Shown: piece after piece, positions 47,586 to 56,787 of the stretch
How the letters are laid out: every line of letters begins with the position of its first letter
Position numbering within the stretch: the first letter of the stretch is position 1
From: Ignavibacteria bacterium
GTDB taxonomy: Bacteria > Bacteroidota > Ignavibacteria > Ch128b
Direction of reading: 5' to 3'
Assembly: GCA_026415235.1 (NCBI GenBank)
Contig: JAOAHM010000070.1
Span: forward strand, 826-64,825
DNA: 64,000 nucleotides
The notes under the pieces: generated by a model
The model's input: the letters and a program-made list of their open reading frames with translations, nothing else
Databases searched by the model: none
Told to the model about the DNA's origin: nothing
Program-made: the position numbers and the translations under genes

Positions 47586-47990
47586 TTGTGGTGTATGAAA
47601 AAGAACTTAACATTAATATTCGTATTTACTTTGATTTCAATCGTATTTGCAGGAGCGACATTAGAATTTTTCCGTGGGCGAAGTGAAAGTGATAAAGTTA
47701 TTTTAGAATGGAAAAGTCGAGAAGAAGTCGCTATCAAAGAATTTGTTGTCGAAAGAAAGACATTAAATGGTGAATATATTCCTATTGGAACTGTCCAACC
47801 TAAAGGCAACAATTCCTATTACACATTCATAGACGAAACAGCCTTCAAATCCCTTGGTTCAATCTATTACTATAGATTAAAAATCGTTGATTACAATGGA
47901 AGTGTTTCATACTCGAACGAGATTTCAATTCTTCACAGTGTTTCGAGTGTCAAAAGAACCTGGGGAAGTATAAAGGCAATGTTTAGATGA
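47586..47990 (+). CDS. Small secreted beta-sandwich (Fn3-like) protein, function unknown
   Basis: The ATG at 47595 (MKKNLTLIFVFTLISIVFAGA) is the likely start. The pattern ILEWKS..E..IKEFVVERK...G.Y..IG.V...G...Y.F.D......YYYRLKIVDY.G is typical of Fn3-like modules. The tail is basic: SVKRTWGSIKAMFR. Confidence 0.6.
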   Translation: MWCMKKNLTLIFVFTLISIVFAGATLEFFRGRSESDKVILEWKSREEVAIKEFVVERKTLNGEYIPIGTVQPKGNNSYYTFIDETAFKSLGSIYYYRLKIVDYNGSVSYSNEISILHSVSSVKRTWGSIKAMFR

Positions 47991-48032
47991 GAATTTATTT
48001 CATTCCTGAATTTTTCCTGATAATTATTAGAA

Positions 48033-48620
48033 ATGACACTTCAACGACTAAAAAGTTTTGAATTTATTCTTGCATCTCAATCACCACGCCGAAAATTTTT
48101 ACTCCAACTACTTGGGTTAAATTTCAAAACATTTCATCCTCAAATTGAAGAAAATCACAATGGAGAGGCACCAATTCGTTATGCAAAAAAGTTAGCTGAA
48201 AGAAAAGCAGAAGAGGCTAACAAGAAATTCAAAAATAAAATTATAATTGCTGCCGATACGATTGTTGTAGTTAATGGTAAAATTTTAGAAAAACCCAACT
48301 CTCCATCTGAAGCAATTAAAATGCTTAAGATGCTTAGTGGTAGAACTCATATTGTGTATACTGCAATTTGTGTAATCAATCAAATCAATGGAAAGAAGAT
48401 TGTTGATGTTGAGAAAACTTTTGTAACTTTCAGAAAATTAAGTCTTGATGAGATTAATGAATATGTTGATAGTGGAAGTTGCATGGATAAAGCTGGCGCC
48501 TATGGGATTCAAGATGACCTTGGAGCAGTATTCGTGAAGAAAATAAATGGATGTTATTATAATGTGGTTGGGTTGCCTTTACAGAGGTTGTATATTAATC
48601 TTTTGAAAATAATCGATTAA
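48033..48620 (+). CDS. maf: Maf-family nucleoside triphosphate pyrophosphatase
   Basis: 195 aa. Motifs ILASQSPRR..LL, AADTIV, K.G.P....A, GAYGIQD. Confidence 0.9.
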   Translation: MTLQRLKSFEFILASQSPRRKFLLQLLGLNFKTFHPQIEENHNGEAPIRYAKKLAERKAEEANKKFKNKIIIAADTIVVVNGKILEKPNSPSEAIKMLKMLSGRTHIVYTAICVINQINGKKIVDVEKTFVTFRKLSLDEINEYVDSGSCMDKAGAYGIQDDLGAVFVKKINGCYYNVVGLPLQRLYINLLKIID

Positions 48621-48651
48621 TCTCAACTTAAAACAAATTACACTCTTAAAA

Positions 48652-49617
48652 ATGAAAAATCTACAGAAAAAAATTTTAATCGGGATTGTTGTTGCAGCAA
48701 TTGTCTATCTTGGTTTTTCAATCTATGTTGACTTTGAAAAGTTGATTGAAGCTTTTTCACTTTTTGATTTTCGTTATTTCCCAATCGTTTTACTTTTAAG
48801 TTTTTTTAATTATTACTTAAGATTTGAAAGATGGGATTATTATTTACGTGTTCTTGAAATCCATATTCCAAGAAAAATTTCATTTGCAATTTTTCTTGGA
48901 GGTTTAATAATGTCAATCACTCCTGGCAAAGTTGGCGAGTTATTAAAGTCTTATCTGATAAAAGAGTATAACAAAACTTCTATTCATGTATCAGCTCCTG
49001 TAATACTAATTGAAAGATTGGGTGATTTTGTCTCTTTATTAATGGTTGCAATGTTGGGAGCAATTTACTTCGACTTCGGTAGAGAAATAGTTTTGATTAC
49101 TTTAATCATATTTGGTGCTTTTTTATTTGGATTATCTTATAGACCTTTTGCGGAACCTGTTATTAAATTTTTCTCACGTTTGAAATACTTCCACAAGATA
49201 AGTGAAAAAATTTTAGTTGCTTACGAGCATTCGTATAAATTATTAAGACCTATTCCACTTTTTTCAATGCTTTTTCTTGCAGCTATTGCTTGGGGATTCG
49301 AAGCATTGGGACTTTACATCATATTAAAAGTTTTTCACACTGAAGCCACATTTTTTTGGTCACTTTTCGTTTACTCATTTTCTACAATAGTCGGTGGATT
49401 GTTGCTTGTGCCTGGAGGAATTGGCCCAACCGAAGGTAGTTTAACATTACTGCTTGTGAGAACCAATATTCCTTTGAACATTGCTTTTGTAGCTACTTTT
49501 CTTATAAGAATCGCAACTTTATGGTTTGCAATTTTGATGGGAATATTTGGACTTATGTACTTTCAGAGAAAAATTGTTCACAAAAAACTTTTTGAAATTG
49601 AATCAACAGAAGAATGA
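48652..49617 (+). CDS. Flippase-like / lysylphosphatidylglycerol-synthase TM-region family membrane protein (UPF0104)
   Basis: 321 aa with about 8 hydrophobic segments. Motifs ITPGKVGE.LK and PGGIGPTEG are typical of the family. Confidence 0.7.
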   Translation: MKNLQKKILIGIVVAAIVYLGFSIYVDFEKLIEAFSLFDFRYFPIVLLLSFFNYYLRFERWDYYLRVLEIHIPRKISFAIFLGGLIMSITPGKVGELLKSYLIKEYNKTSIHVSAPVILIERLGDFVSLLMVAMLGAIYFDFGREIVLITLIIFGAFLFGLSYRPFAEPVIKFFSRLKYFHKISEKILVAYEHSYKLLRPIPLFSMLFLAAIAWGFEALGLYIILKVFHTEATFFWSLFVYSFSTIVGGLLLVPGGIGPTEGSLTLLLVRTNIPLNIAFVATFLIRIATLWFAILMGIFGLMYFQRKIVHKKLFEIESTEE

Positions 49618-49689
49618 TTTTGAGCTCATTTTTAATTAACAATCATTTTTCTTGAAACTCATACAAGTTATGTTTAATTTTGAACAAAA

Positions 49690-50121
49690 ATGGAGGAAAC
49701 AATGGCTTCCGATAAAGGTGTAGCAAAAGGTTTAATTATTGGATTTCTCGCTGGCAGTGTTGTTGGCGGGTTAATTGCACTTCTCTTTGCTCCAAAAAGC
49801 GGTAAAGAATTAAGACAAGATATCAAAAACAAAGCAACAGATATAAAAGAAGATATTGATGAAATTTATTCTCAAACTAAAGAAAAAGTTCAAGAGTTGA
49901 TAAACGAAGGTAAAAAAAAATCCGAGATTTTAGTCCAGGAAGCAAAGGAGAAAGCTCAGAATATTTTATCTGAAGCAGAAAAAGTTTTGGAAGAAGCAAA
50001 AATAAAAGCATCAGAAAAAGTCGAGAAAATTAAAACTGATATTTCTAAAGAAGCGGGACGAGTAAAATCAGCTATTGATGCTGGTGTTGATGCTTATAAG
50101 AAAGAAAAAGAATCAACATAA
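49690..50121 (+). CDS. YtxH-domain protein
   Basis: GLIIGFLAGSVVGGLIALLFAPKSGKELRQDIK is followed by a K/E-rich helical region. The GGAGGA at 49692-49697 suggests the real start is the ATG at 49702 (MASDKG). Confidence 0.8.
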   Translation: MEETMASDKGVAKGLIIGFLAGSVVGGLIALLFAPKSGKELRQDIKNKATDIKEDIDEIYSQTKEKVQELINEGKKKSEILVQEAKEKAQNILSEAEKVLEEAKIKASEKVEKIKTDISKEAGRVKSAIDAGVDAYKKEKEST

Positions 50122-50129
50122 GTAATACT

Positions 50130-50525
50130 GTGGAATTATTATTAAATATTTTTCTTCTGATAGTCTATCTCTCGTTAAGTGCATTTCTTATTTATTTTAT
50201 TTTTTTCTTGAAGCGTTTGTTGGTTTCTATCAAGAATATTGAGAACAATCTTGAGATAACTTCCAAAAATATAAATCAATTTTTGGAGCAAGCGCAGGTT
50301 ACACTCAACCACTATTCATCACTCGCTCAAAATATAAATTCTGAATTAGAACAGATTAGCTCTTCTTTAGAAAAATTCAAAGAGACTGCACAAGATTACA
50401 AGCGAATTAAGGATAAAGTAGTTAATATTATAGAAGAACCAATTGATGAAATTCAATCGAATGTTAAAGCTGTTTTCAAAGGAGTTCAAGTTTTCTTCCA
50501 AACTTTATTTAAACGCTCGGGATAA
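50130..50525 (+). CDS. Hypothetical membrane-anchored coiled-coil protein (DUF948-like)
   Basis: 131 aa with an N-terminal TM helix and a helical remainder. GTG start. It is paired with the YtxH gene. Confidence 0.5.
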   Translation: MELLLNIFLLIVYLSLSAFLIYFIFFLKRLLVSIKNIENNLEITSKNINQFLEQAQVTLNHYSSLAQNINSELEQISSSLEKFKETAQDYKRIKDKVVNIIEEPIDEIQSNVKAVFKGVQVFFQTLFKRSG

Positions 50526-50651
50526 ATTAAATTTTATTTCTAAATTTTCTCGGCAAGTAATTTTACTTTTTTGCTTTTTCAATTTTCAAATCAAAAATTT
50601 CAAAATTTATGTAATCTCGATTAACTAAAAATAAATAAGCGGAGGTTTCTC

Positions 50652-52739
50652 TTGAAAGAATATAAATCAAAAAACATCAGAAATATTACATTAGTTGGGC
50701 ACGGTGGTGCTGGTAAAACCTCTTTAGTTGAAGCAATGCTTTTTACAGCAGGAGTTACAACAAGATTAGGAAAGATTGAAGACGGAAACACTGTATCTGA
50801 TTTTAAACCTGAAGAAATCGAAAGACAAATTTCTACTTCTGCTGCATTAATGCATTGTGAATGGAATCAAAACAAAATTAATATCATAGATACTCCAGGA
50901 TATGCTGATTTTATTGGTGAAGTGTTAAGTGGACTTAGCGTTGCTGATACAGCAATTTTAGTTCTAAAAGCAGTTGAAGGAATCGAAGTTGGTAGTGAAA
51001 AGGTTTGGAAGCTGATTAATCAGTATGAGTTGCCAAGGATGATATTAATTAATAAATGTGATAACGAAAGAGCAAATTTCTTTGAAGTAGTAAATGCGAT
51101 TAATCATAAATTGACACACGATGCTGTTGTTGTTCATTATCCAGTAAATCAAGGATTAAATTTCAACGCTGTTATTGATTTAGTTAAGATGAAGCAGCTT
51201 GTATATGAAAGAAATGGTAACGGCAAATATAAGATTGAAGAAATTCCCGATAACTTAAAATCTGAAGCAGAAAAACTTAGAAATGAGTTGATTGAAAAAA
51301 TTGCCGAGTCAGATGAAGAATTGATGAATAAATATTTTGAGAATGGTGAATTAACCGAAGAGGAATTATTGGTAGGTCTTCGAAAAGGTATATTAAATCG
51401 AGTTATTGTTCCAATTATTCCAGTTGCGGCTACATCGAATGTGAATGTAGCTGGATTTATGGATTTTGTAGTCTCATTTTTACCATCTCCAGCAGATAGA
51501 AATAAAGTCAAAGCTTATCAAAACGGAAACGAAGTAGAAATTGAAATCAAAGAAGATGGTGAACCAGCACTTTTTGTATTCAAAACAATTGCAGAATCAG
51601 CAATTGGGGAATTATCACTTTTCAAAGTTTATAGCGGAACAATTACACATGGATTAGACCTTTTCAACACTTCTACAAACAAATTCGAAAGAACGAGTCA
51701 AATTTATATTTTGAATGGAAAGAACCGAACTGAAGTTGCACATCTTTACGCTGGTGACCTTGGTGCAGTTGTAAGATTAAAAGATACGCATACGAATAAT
51801 ACACTTTGTTCAAAAAATTTGAATATTCGTTTCAAAGAAATTCAATTCCCAGAACCAATAATTCATTTTGCAGTGAAACCAAAATCACAAGGCGATGAAG
51901 ACAAAATTGCAAATGGTTTTCATTCACTCCATCAAGAAGATCCAACATTTGTAATGAATTTTGACCCTGAACTTTCTCAAACAGTAATTGGTGGTCAAGG
52001 TGAATTGCATCTAACTTTAGCTGCGAAAAAATTAAAAGATAAATTTGGTGTAGAAGTAGATTTAGTAGAACCAAAAATTCCGTATCGTGAAACTATCAAA
52101 GGTGTATGCGAAGACGCCGAATACAAGCATAAAAAACAAACAGGTGGACGAGGTCAATACGGTCATGTTCACCTAAAACTTGAACCGTTGAAAAGAGGTG
52201 AAGGCTTCCAATTTGTTGATGCCATTGTTGGTGGTGTTGTTCCAGGTCGTTTTGTTCCTGCTGTTGAGAAAGGAATTCTTGAAACAATGGCAAAAGGTGT
52301 GTTAGCAGGTTATAAAGTTGTTGATGTGAAAGTAACCTTGTTTGATGGCTCTCACCATCCAGTTGATTCGGATGAGTTATCATTTAAGATTGCTGGTTCT
52401 CAAGCTTTCAAGAAAGGTTTCCTTGCTGCAAATCCTTGCTTACTCGAACCAATACAAGAAGTAACGATTCGAGTTCCTGAAGAATTTATGGGCGATGTAA
52501 TGGGAGATATATCAAGTCGTCGTGGTAAAATTTTAGGAATGGATTCAGATGGAGAATTTCAAATTATTCGTGCTTTAGTACCTTTAGCTGAGTTGTTCAA
52601 GTACGCTACACAACTTAGAAGTTTGACTCAAGGCAAAGGAACTTATGAAATGAAACTTTCACATTATGAAGAAGTGCCAAAGGAAATTGAAGCAAAGATT
52701 ATTGCAGCAGCTGAAAAGCAAAAGGAAGAAGAAGCTTAA
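50652..52739 (+). CDS. Elongation factor G paralogue (EF-G-like GTPase)
   Basis: 695 aa. TTG start 6 nt after GCGGAGG. G motifs: GHGGAGKTS, DTPGYADF, NKCD. EF-G domains II-V are recognisable (GELHL, RETI, HPVDSDE.SFK). Confidence 0.88.
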   Translation: MKEYKSKNIRNITLVGHGGAGKTSLVEAMLFTAGVTTRLGKIEDGNTVSDFKPEEIERQISTSAALMHCEWNQNKINIIDTPGYADFIGEVLSGLSVADTAILVLKAVEGIEVGSEKVWKLINQYELPRMILINKCDNERANFFEVVNAINHKLTHDAVVVHYPVNQGLNFNAVIDLVKMKQLVYERNGNGKYKIEEIPDNLKSEAEKLRNELIEKIAESDEELMNKYFENGELTEEELLVGLRKGILNRVIVPIIPVAATSNVNVAGFMDFVVSFLPSPADRNKVKAYQNGNEVEIEIKEDGEPALFVFKTIAESAIGELSLFKVYSGTITHGLDLFNTSTNKFERTSQIYILNGKNRTEVAHLYAGDLGAVVRLKDTHTNNTLCSKNLNIRFKEIQFPEPIIHFAVKPKSQGDEDKIANGFHSLHQEDPTFVMNFDPELSQTVIGGQGELHLTLAAKKLKDKFGVEVDLVEPKIPYRETIKGVCEDAEYKHKKQTGGRGQYGHVHLKLEPLKRGEGFQFVDAIVGGVVPGRFVPAVEKGILETMAKGVLAGYKVVDVKVTLFDGSHHPVDSDELSFKIAGSQAFKKGFLAANPCLLEPIQEVTIRVPEEFMGDVMGDISSRRGKILGMDSDGEFQIIRALVPLAELFKYATQLRSLTQGKGTYEMKLSHYEEVPKEIEAKIIAAAEKQKEEEA

Positions 52740-53236
52740 TGCAGAAATTATTTTCTCCATGGCGTTCTGAGTATATCGAGTCTTTTCAAAAACCAAAAGA
52801 AGATGGATGCATATTCTGCAAAGCTCAATTAGAAGATGTGGAAGATGAAAATTCATTACTTGTTTACAAAGGTAAAGAAGTATTTATTTTGATGAATAGA
52901 TATCCTTATAATAATGGTCATTTACTTATCATCCCCAATCGACATATTTCCAAGATTTCAGAAATGAGTAACTCAGAACGCCTTGAAACTTTTTTTCTCA
53001 TTGAAAAATCTATTGAAGCACTTGAAAAAACTATGTCGGCACAAGGACATAATGTAGGAACAAACATAGGTAAAGTTGCAGGTGCTGGAATAGAAGACCA
53101 CATTCATTTTCATGTGGTACCAAGATGGAATGGTGATACTAATTTTATGCCTGTTCTGGGAGATGTTAAATTGATTTCAGAAGATATGAAAAAAACAAAA
53201 TTAAGACTCGCTAAATACTTCAAGGAGAATTTATGA
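52739..53236 (+). CDS. HIT-family nucleotide hydrolase/transferase
   Basis: 165 aa with the histidine triad HIHFHVVPR. The ATG overlaps the EF-G stop (TAATG). Confidence 0.85.
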   Translation: MQKLFSPWRSEYIESFQKPKEDGCIFCKAQLEDVEDENSLLVYKGKEVFILMNRYPYNNGHLLIIPNRHISKISEMSNSERLETFFLIEKSIEALEKTMSAQGHNVGTNIGKVAGAGIEDHIHFHVVPRWNGDTNFMPVLGDVKLISEDMKKTKLRLAKYFKENL

Positions 53237-54579
53237 GACTCGCAATTATCGGTACTGGTTATGTAGGACTTGTAACAGGCGTTTGCCTAGCTGAAACTGG
53301 AAATACTGTTATTTGTGTAGACAAGGACATTAATAAGATTGAACGTTTTAAAAAAGGTGATCCAGTTATTTACGAAAAAAATCTTGCTGAATTATTAAAT
53401 CACAATCTTCAAAAAAATAGATTAGAATTTACAGATGATTTGCGATATGCAGTTGAAAATTCAGAAATAATTTTTTTCTGTTTGCCAACTCCTCAAGGTG
53501 AAGATGGAGCTGCAGATTTAAAACATGTACTTGAAGTCGCTGAACAGTGCGGAGAAATCTTAGCTCAACTCAAAGAAAAATCATACAAAATTTTTGTCAA
53601 CAAAAGTACAGTACCAGTTGGAACTGCTGAATTAGTTAAAGAAAAAATTTCATCTAAAATTGGTGATTATCCATTTGATGTTGTCTCTAATCCTGAGTTT
53701 TTGCGTGAAGGCTTTGCAGTTGAAGATTTTATGAAACCTGATCGAATTGTAATTGGTACTTCATCTGAGCAAGCAAAAGAAAAGATGAAAACTCTTTACG
53801 AACCATTTGTTAGAAGTGGAAATCCAATCTACTTCATGGACGAGAAGAGCGCAGAGGTAACCAAATATGCTGCAAATTGTTTTCTCGCAACTAAAATTAC
53901 CTTCATGAACGAAATCGCAAATTATTGTGAAAAAGTCGGTGCAAATGTTGATATGGTTCGTATTGCTATGGGTGCCGATAGTCGAATTGGTAAACGATTT
54001 CTTTTCCCTGGTATTGGTTTTGGAGGTAGTTGTTTTCCAAAAGATATCAAAGCATTACAAAAGTCTTTTCAAGAAGCTAATGTAGAGTCAAATGTAATTG
54101 ATGCTGTGATTGAAACAAACGAAAAACAAAAATTAATCTTGATTGAAAAAATTCTTAAACATTTTAATAATGATATCAAAGATAAAAAATTTGCTTTGTG
54201 GGGATTAGCGTTTAAGCCTGAAACCGATGATGTAAGAGAAGCTCCCGCTTTCAAAATCATTGATAAAATTCTTGAACTTGGTGGACGAGTTACTGCTTAC
54301 GATCCCGAAGCAATGGAAAATACTTATAAAATTTATGGCAATAAAATTGGTTACGCATCCGATGCAATCACTGCTTGTCTTGATGCGGATGCATTAATAA
54401 TTGCAACTGAATGGAATGAATTTAGAAGTCCTGACTTTAACGAAATGAAAAGATTGATGAAAGAATTCGTGATTTTCGATGGAAGAAATGTTTTTGATAA
54501 TGAAAAAGCATTGAAGTATAAATTTGTTTACTATTCAATTGGAAGAAAACCAGTTCTTAAAGAAGATTTAGAAAAATGA
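53233..54579 (+). CDS. ugd: UDP-glucose 6-dehydrogenase
   Basis: 448 aa. Motifs IGTGYVGLVTG, NPEFLREG, GFGGSCFPKD, GLAFKP.TDD.REAP. Confidence 0.93.
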   Translation: MRLAIIGTGYVGLVTGVCLAETGNTVICVDKDINKIERFKKGDPVIYEKNLAELLNHNLQKNRLEFTDDLRYAVENSEIIFFCLPTPQGEDGAADLKHVLEVAEQCGEILAQLKEKSYKIFVNKSTVPVGTAELVKEKISSKIGDYPFDVVSNPEFLREGFAVEDFMKPDRIVIGTSSEQAKEKMKTLYEPFVRSGNPIYFMDEKSAEVTKYAANCFLATKITFMNEIANYCEKVGANVDMVRIAMGADSRIGKRFLFPGIGFGGSCFPKDIKALQKSFQEANVESNVIDAVIETNEKQKLILIEKILKHFNNDIKDKKFALWGLAFKPETDDVREAPAFKIIDKILELGGRVTAYDPEAMENTYKIYGNKIGYASDAITACLDADALIIATEWNEFRSPDFNEMKRLMKEFVIFDGRNVFDNEKALKYKFVYYSIGRKPVLKEDLEK

Positions 54580-56705
54580 AACAACTTGTTCAGAGAATAA
54601 AAGATGGGGAGATGAAAGTTGTTGATCTCCCCATTCCATTTTTAAAACCGAAAGGTGTTTTAGTCAAAAATTATTTTTCATTGATAAGTGCAGGCACCGA
54701 GAGAACGACAGTTGAAACTGGAAAAGAAAATTTAATTCTCAAAGCTTATAAAAATCCTGATGTTGTAAAACAAGTTTATCAGATTATTCGAAGGGATGGA
54801 TTAATTCCAACAATTGAGCGTATCTTAGGAAATTTAGAGGATTACAAAACTTTAGGTTATAGTTCTGCTGGTATCGTAATCGAATCTTCAAGTGAAAAAT
54901 TCAAACCTGGTGATCGTGTTGCTTGTGCTGGTGCTGGTTACGCAAATCATGCAGAAGTTGTCTATGTACCTGAAAATTTATGTGTGAAATTACCAGAAAG
55001 TGTTAGTCTTGAGGAAGGTGCGTTTACAACTTTAGGTGCAATAGCACTTCAAGGTGTTAGACTTGCAAATCCAACTTTAGGTGAAAAAATTGTAGTTATT
55101 GGACTCGGATTGTTGGGATTAATCACGGTTCAATTGCTCAAAGCAAATGGTTGTACAGTTATTGGTCTCGATGTATCTGACGAAGCACTTGAATTTGCGA
55201 AAAAATTTAATTGTGATTATGTGTTCAAAAGTTCAAAGAGCGAGAAAGATACAATAATAAATTTGACTGATGGATACGGTGCAGATAAAGTTTTGATAAC
55301 GGCTGGTACCGAAAGTAACGAACCAATTGAGTTATCAGGTTTAATTACTCGAGAAAAAGGAAAGGTTATTGTTGTTGGTGCTGTAAAGATGGACATTCCG
55401 AGAGGACCATACTTTAGCAAAGAGATTGAGATTGTAATTTCTAAATCTTACGGACCAGGTAGATATGATCCAAAATATGAGGAATATGGAATTGATTACC
55501 CTTATGGTTATGTGCGCTGGACTGAAAACAGAAACATGCAATCAATCGTTGAGTTAATCGCACAAAAGAAACTCGATGTCAATTCATTGATTACGCATAA
55601 ATTCAAAATTGATGAATATCAAAAAGCTTATGATTTGATTCTTGGTAAATCTAATGAGTTCTATCGAGGAATTTTATTCGAATATCAAGATGAAGTTGAT
55701 TTAAGAAAAAAGACTTTCTACTCAAATACAAAAACAAAAAAAATAGAAAATATTCGAATCGGTTTTATTGGTGCAGGTAGCTTCGCTCAATCGTCTTTAC
55801 TCCCGCACTTAAAAAATTTAAATGTAAGTTTAGTTAATGTCTGCACGACTGATGGACTTTCTTCAAGTAATGTTGCAAGAAAATTTGGTTTTGAAAAATT
55901 CACTACTTCGCCTGAGGAGATTATAAACGATAATGAAATTAATGTTGTCTTTATTGCAACTCGACACGATTCTCACGCAAAATATGTAATCGAAGCTCTT
56001 AAAGCTGGTAAAAAAGTTTTCGTTGAAAAGCCATTAGCAATTTACTATGAAGAATTAAGAGAGATAATTGACTTAAATGTTGAAGAAAAATTTTTGCTTG
56101 TTGGTTTTAACAGAAGATTTGCAAAAAGTATTCAAGACATAAAAAAACATTTTCCAACTGGACCATTTAATTTTCTTTATCGTGTGAATGCAGGAAAGTT
56201 ACCACTGGAACATTGGACACAATTCGAAGACCAAGGTGGGAGAATTATTGGAGAAGTGTGTCATTTCATTGATACACTTTCTTTTCTATGCAATTCTTAT
56301 CCAAAACAAGTTTTTGCTCAAACAATATCAGACAAGATAGGAAACAACAAAGAAGAAGATACTTTATCAATTTTAATAAAGTTTGAAGATGGTTCGATTG
56401 GAACAATCGTTTATCAAGCTAATGGTGATGCAGCGTTACCGAAAGAATATCTTGAAGTATCATCTTTACAACGAACAGCTATCTTGAATAATTTTGAAAG
56501 TGTTGATTTTTACGCTGGTGGAAAGAAGAGAACAAAAAATTACTATGGTAAAGGTCATAAAGAAGAGGTTGAGGCTTTTATTAATGCAATCAAAAATGGC
56601 TACCAACCTCCCATTGAACTTAAATCATTATATCTTACGACTCAAACAACCTTTGCAATAGTTCAGTCAATTAGAACTGGTCAACCAGTCGAAGTGAAAA
56701 TTTAA
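54576..56705 (+). CDS. Bi-domain oxidoreductase: zinc-type alcohol-dehydrogenase-like N-terminal half fused to a Gfo/Idh/MocA C-terminal half
   Basis: The N-terminal half has a GroES-like region plus Rossmann motif VIGLGLLGL. The C-terminal half has IGFIGAGSFAQ, VFIATRHDSH and VFVEKP. 4-nt overlap with ugd. Confidence 0.85.
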   Translation: MKQLVQRIKDGEMKVVDLPIPFLKPKGVLVKNYFSLISAGTERTTVETGKENLILKAYKNPDVVKQVYQIIRRDGLIPTIERILGNLEDYKTLGYSSAGIVIESSSEKFKPGDRVACAGAGYANHAEVVYVPENLCVKLPESVSLEEGAFTTLGAIALQGVRLANPTLGEKIVVIGLGLLGLITVQLLKANGCTVIGLDVSDEALEFAKKFNCDYVFKSSKSEKDTIINLTDGYGADKVLITAGTESNEPIELSGLITREKGKVIVVGAVKMDIPRGPYFSKEIEIVISKSYGPGRYDPKYEEYGIDYPYGYVRWTENRNMQSIVELIAQKKLDVNSLITHKFKIDEYQKAYDLILGKSNEFYRGILFEYQDEVDLRKKTFYSNTKTKKIENIRIGFIGAGSFAQSSLLPHLKNLNVSLVNVCTTDGLSSSNVARKFGFEKFTTSPEEIINDNEINVVFIATRHDSHAKYVIEALKAGKKVFVEKPLAIYYEELREIIDLNVEEKFLLVGFNRRFAKSIQDIKKHFPTGPFNFLYRVNAGKLPLEHWTQFEDQGGRIIGEVCHFIDTLSFLCNSYPKQVFAQTISDKIGNNKEEDTLSILIKFEDGSIGTIVYQANGDAALPKEYLEVSSLQRTAILNNFESVDFYAGGKKRTKNYYGKGHKEEVEAFINAIKNGYQPPIELKSLYLTTQTTFAIVQSIRTGQPVEVKI

Positions 56706-56734
56706 TTCACCAAAATTTTTATTGCTTCCAACTT

Positions 56735-56749
56735 GTTTGAAATTCAAAC
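56735..56749. promoter_or_regulatory. Perfect 7-1-7 inverted repeat upstream of mutL
   Basis: GTTTGAA-A-TTCAAAC, 39 nt upstream of the mutL ATG. Possible operator. No function is inferable from sequence alone. Confidence 0.25.
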
Positions 56750-56787
56750 TATTGTAAACTATATTAAATCATCAAAATCAATTTGAA

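Noticed and set aside
49690-49701. First four codons (MEET) of the YtxH ORF
   Set aside because: They contain the GGAGGA that serves as the ribosome-binding site for the ATG at 49702. The shorter product (MASDKG...) is more plausible.
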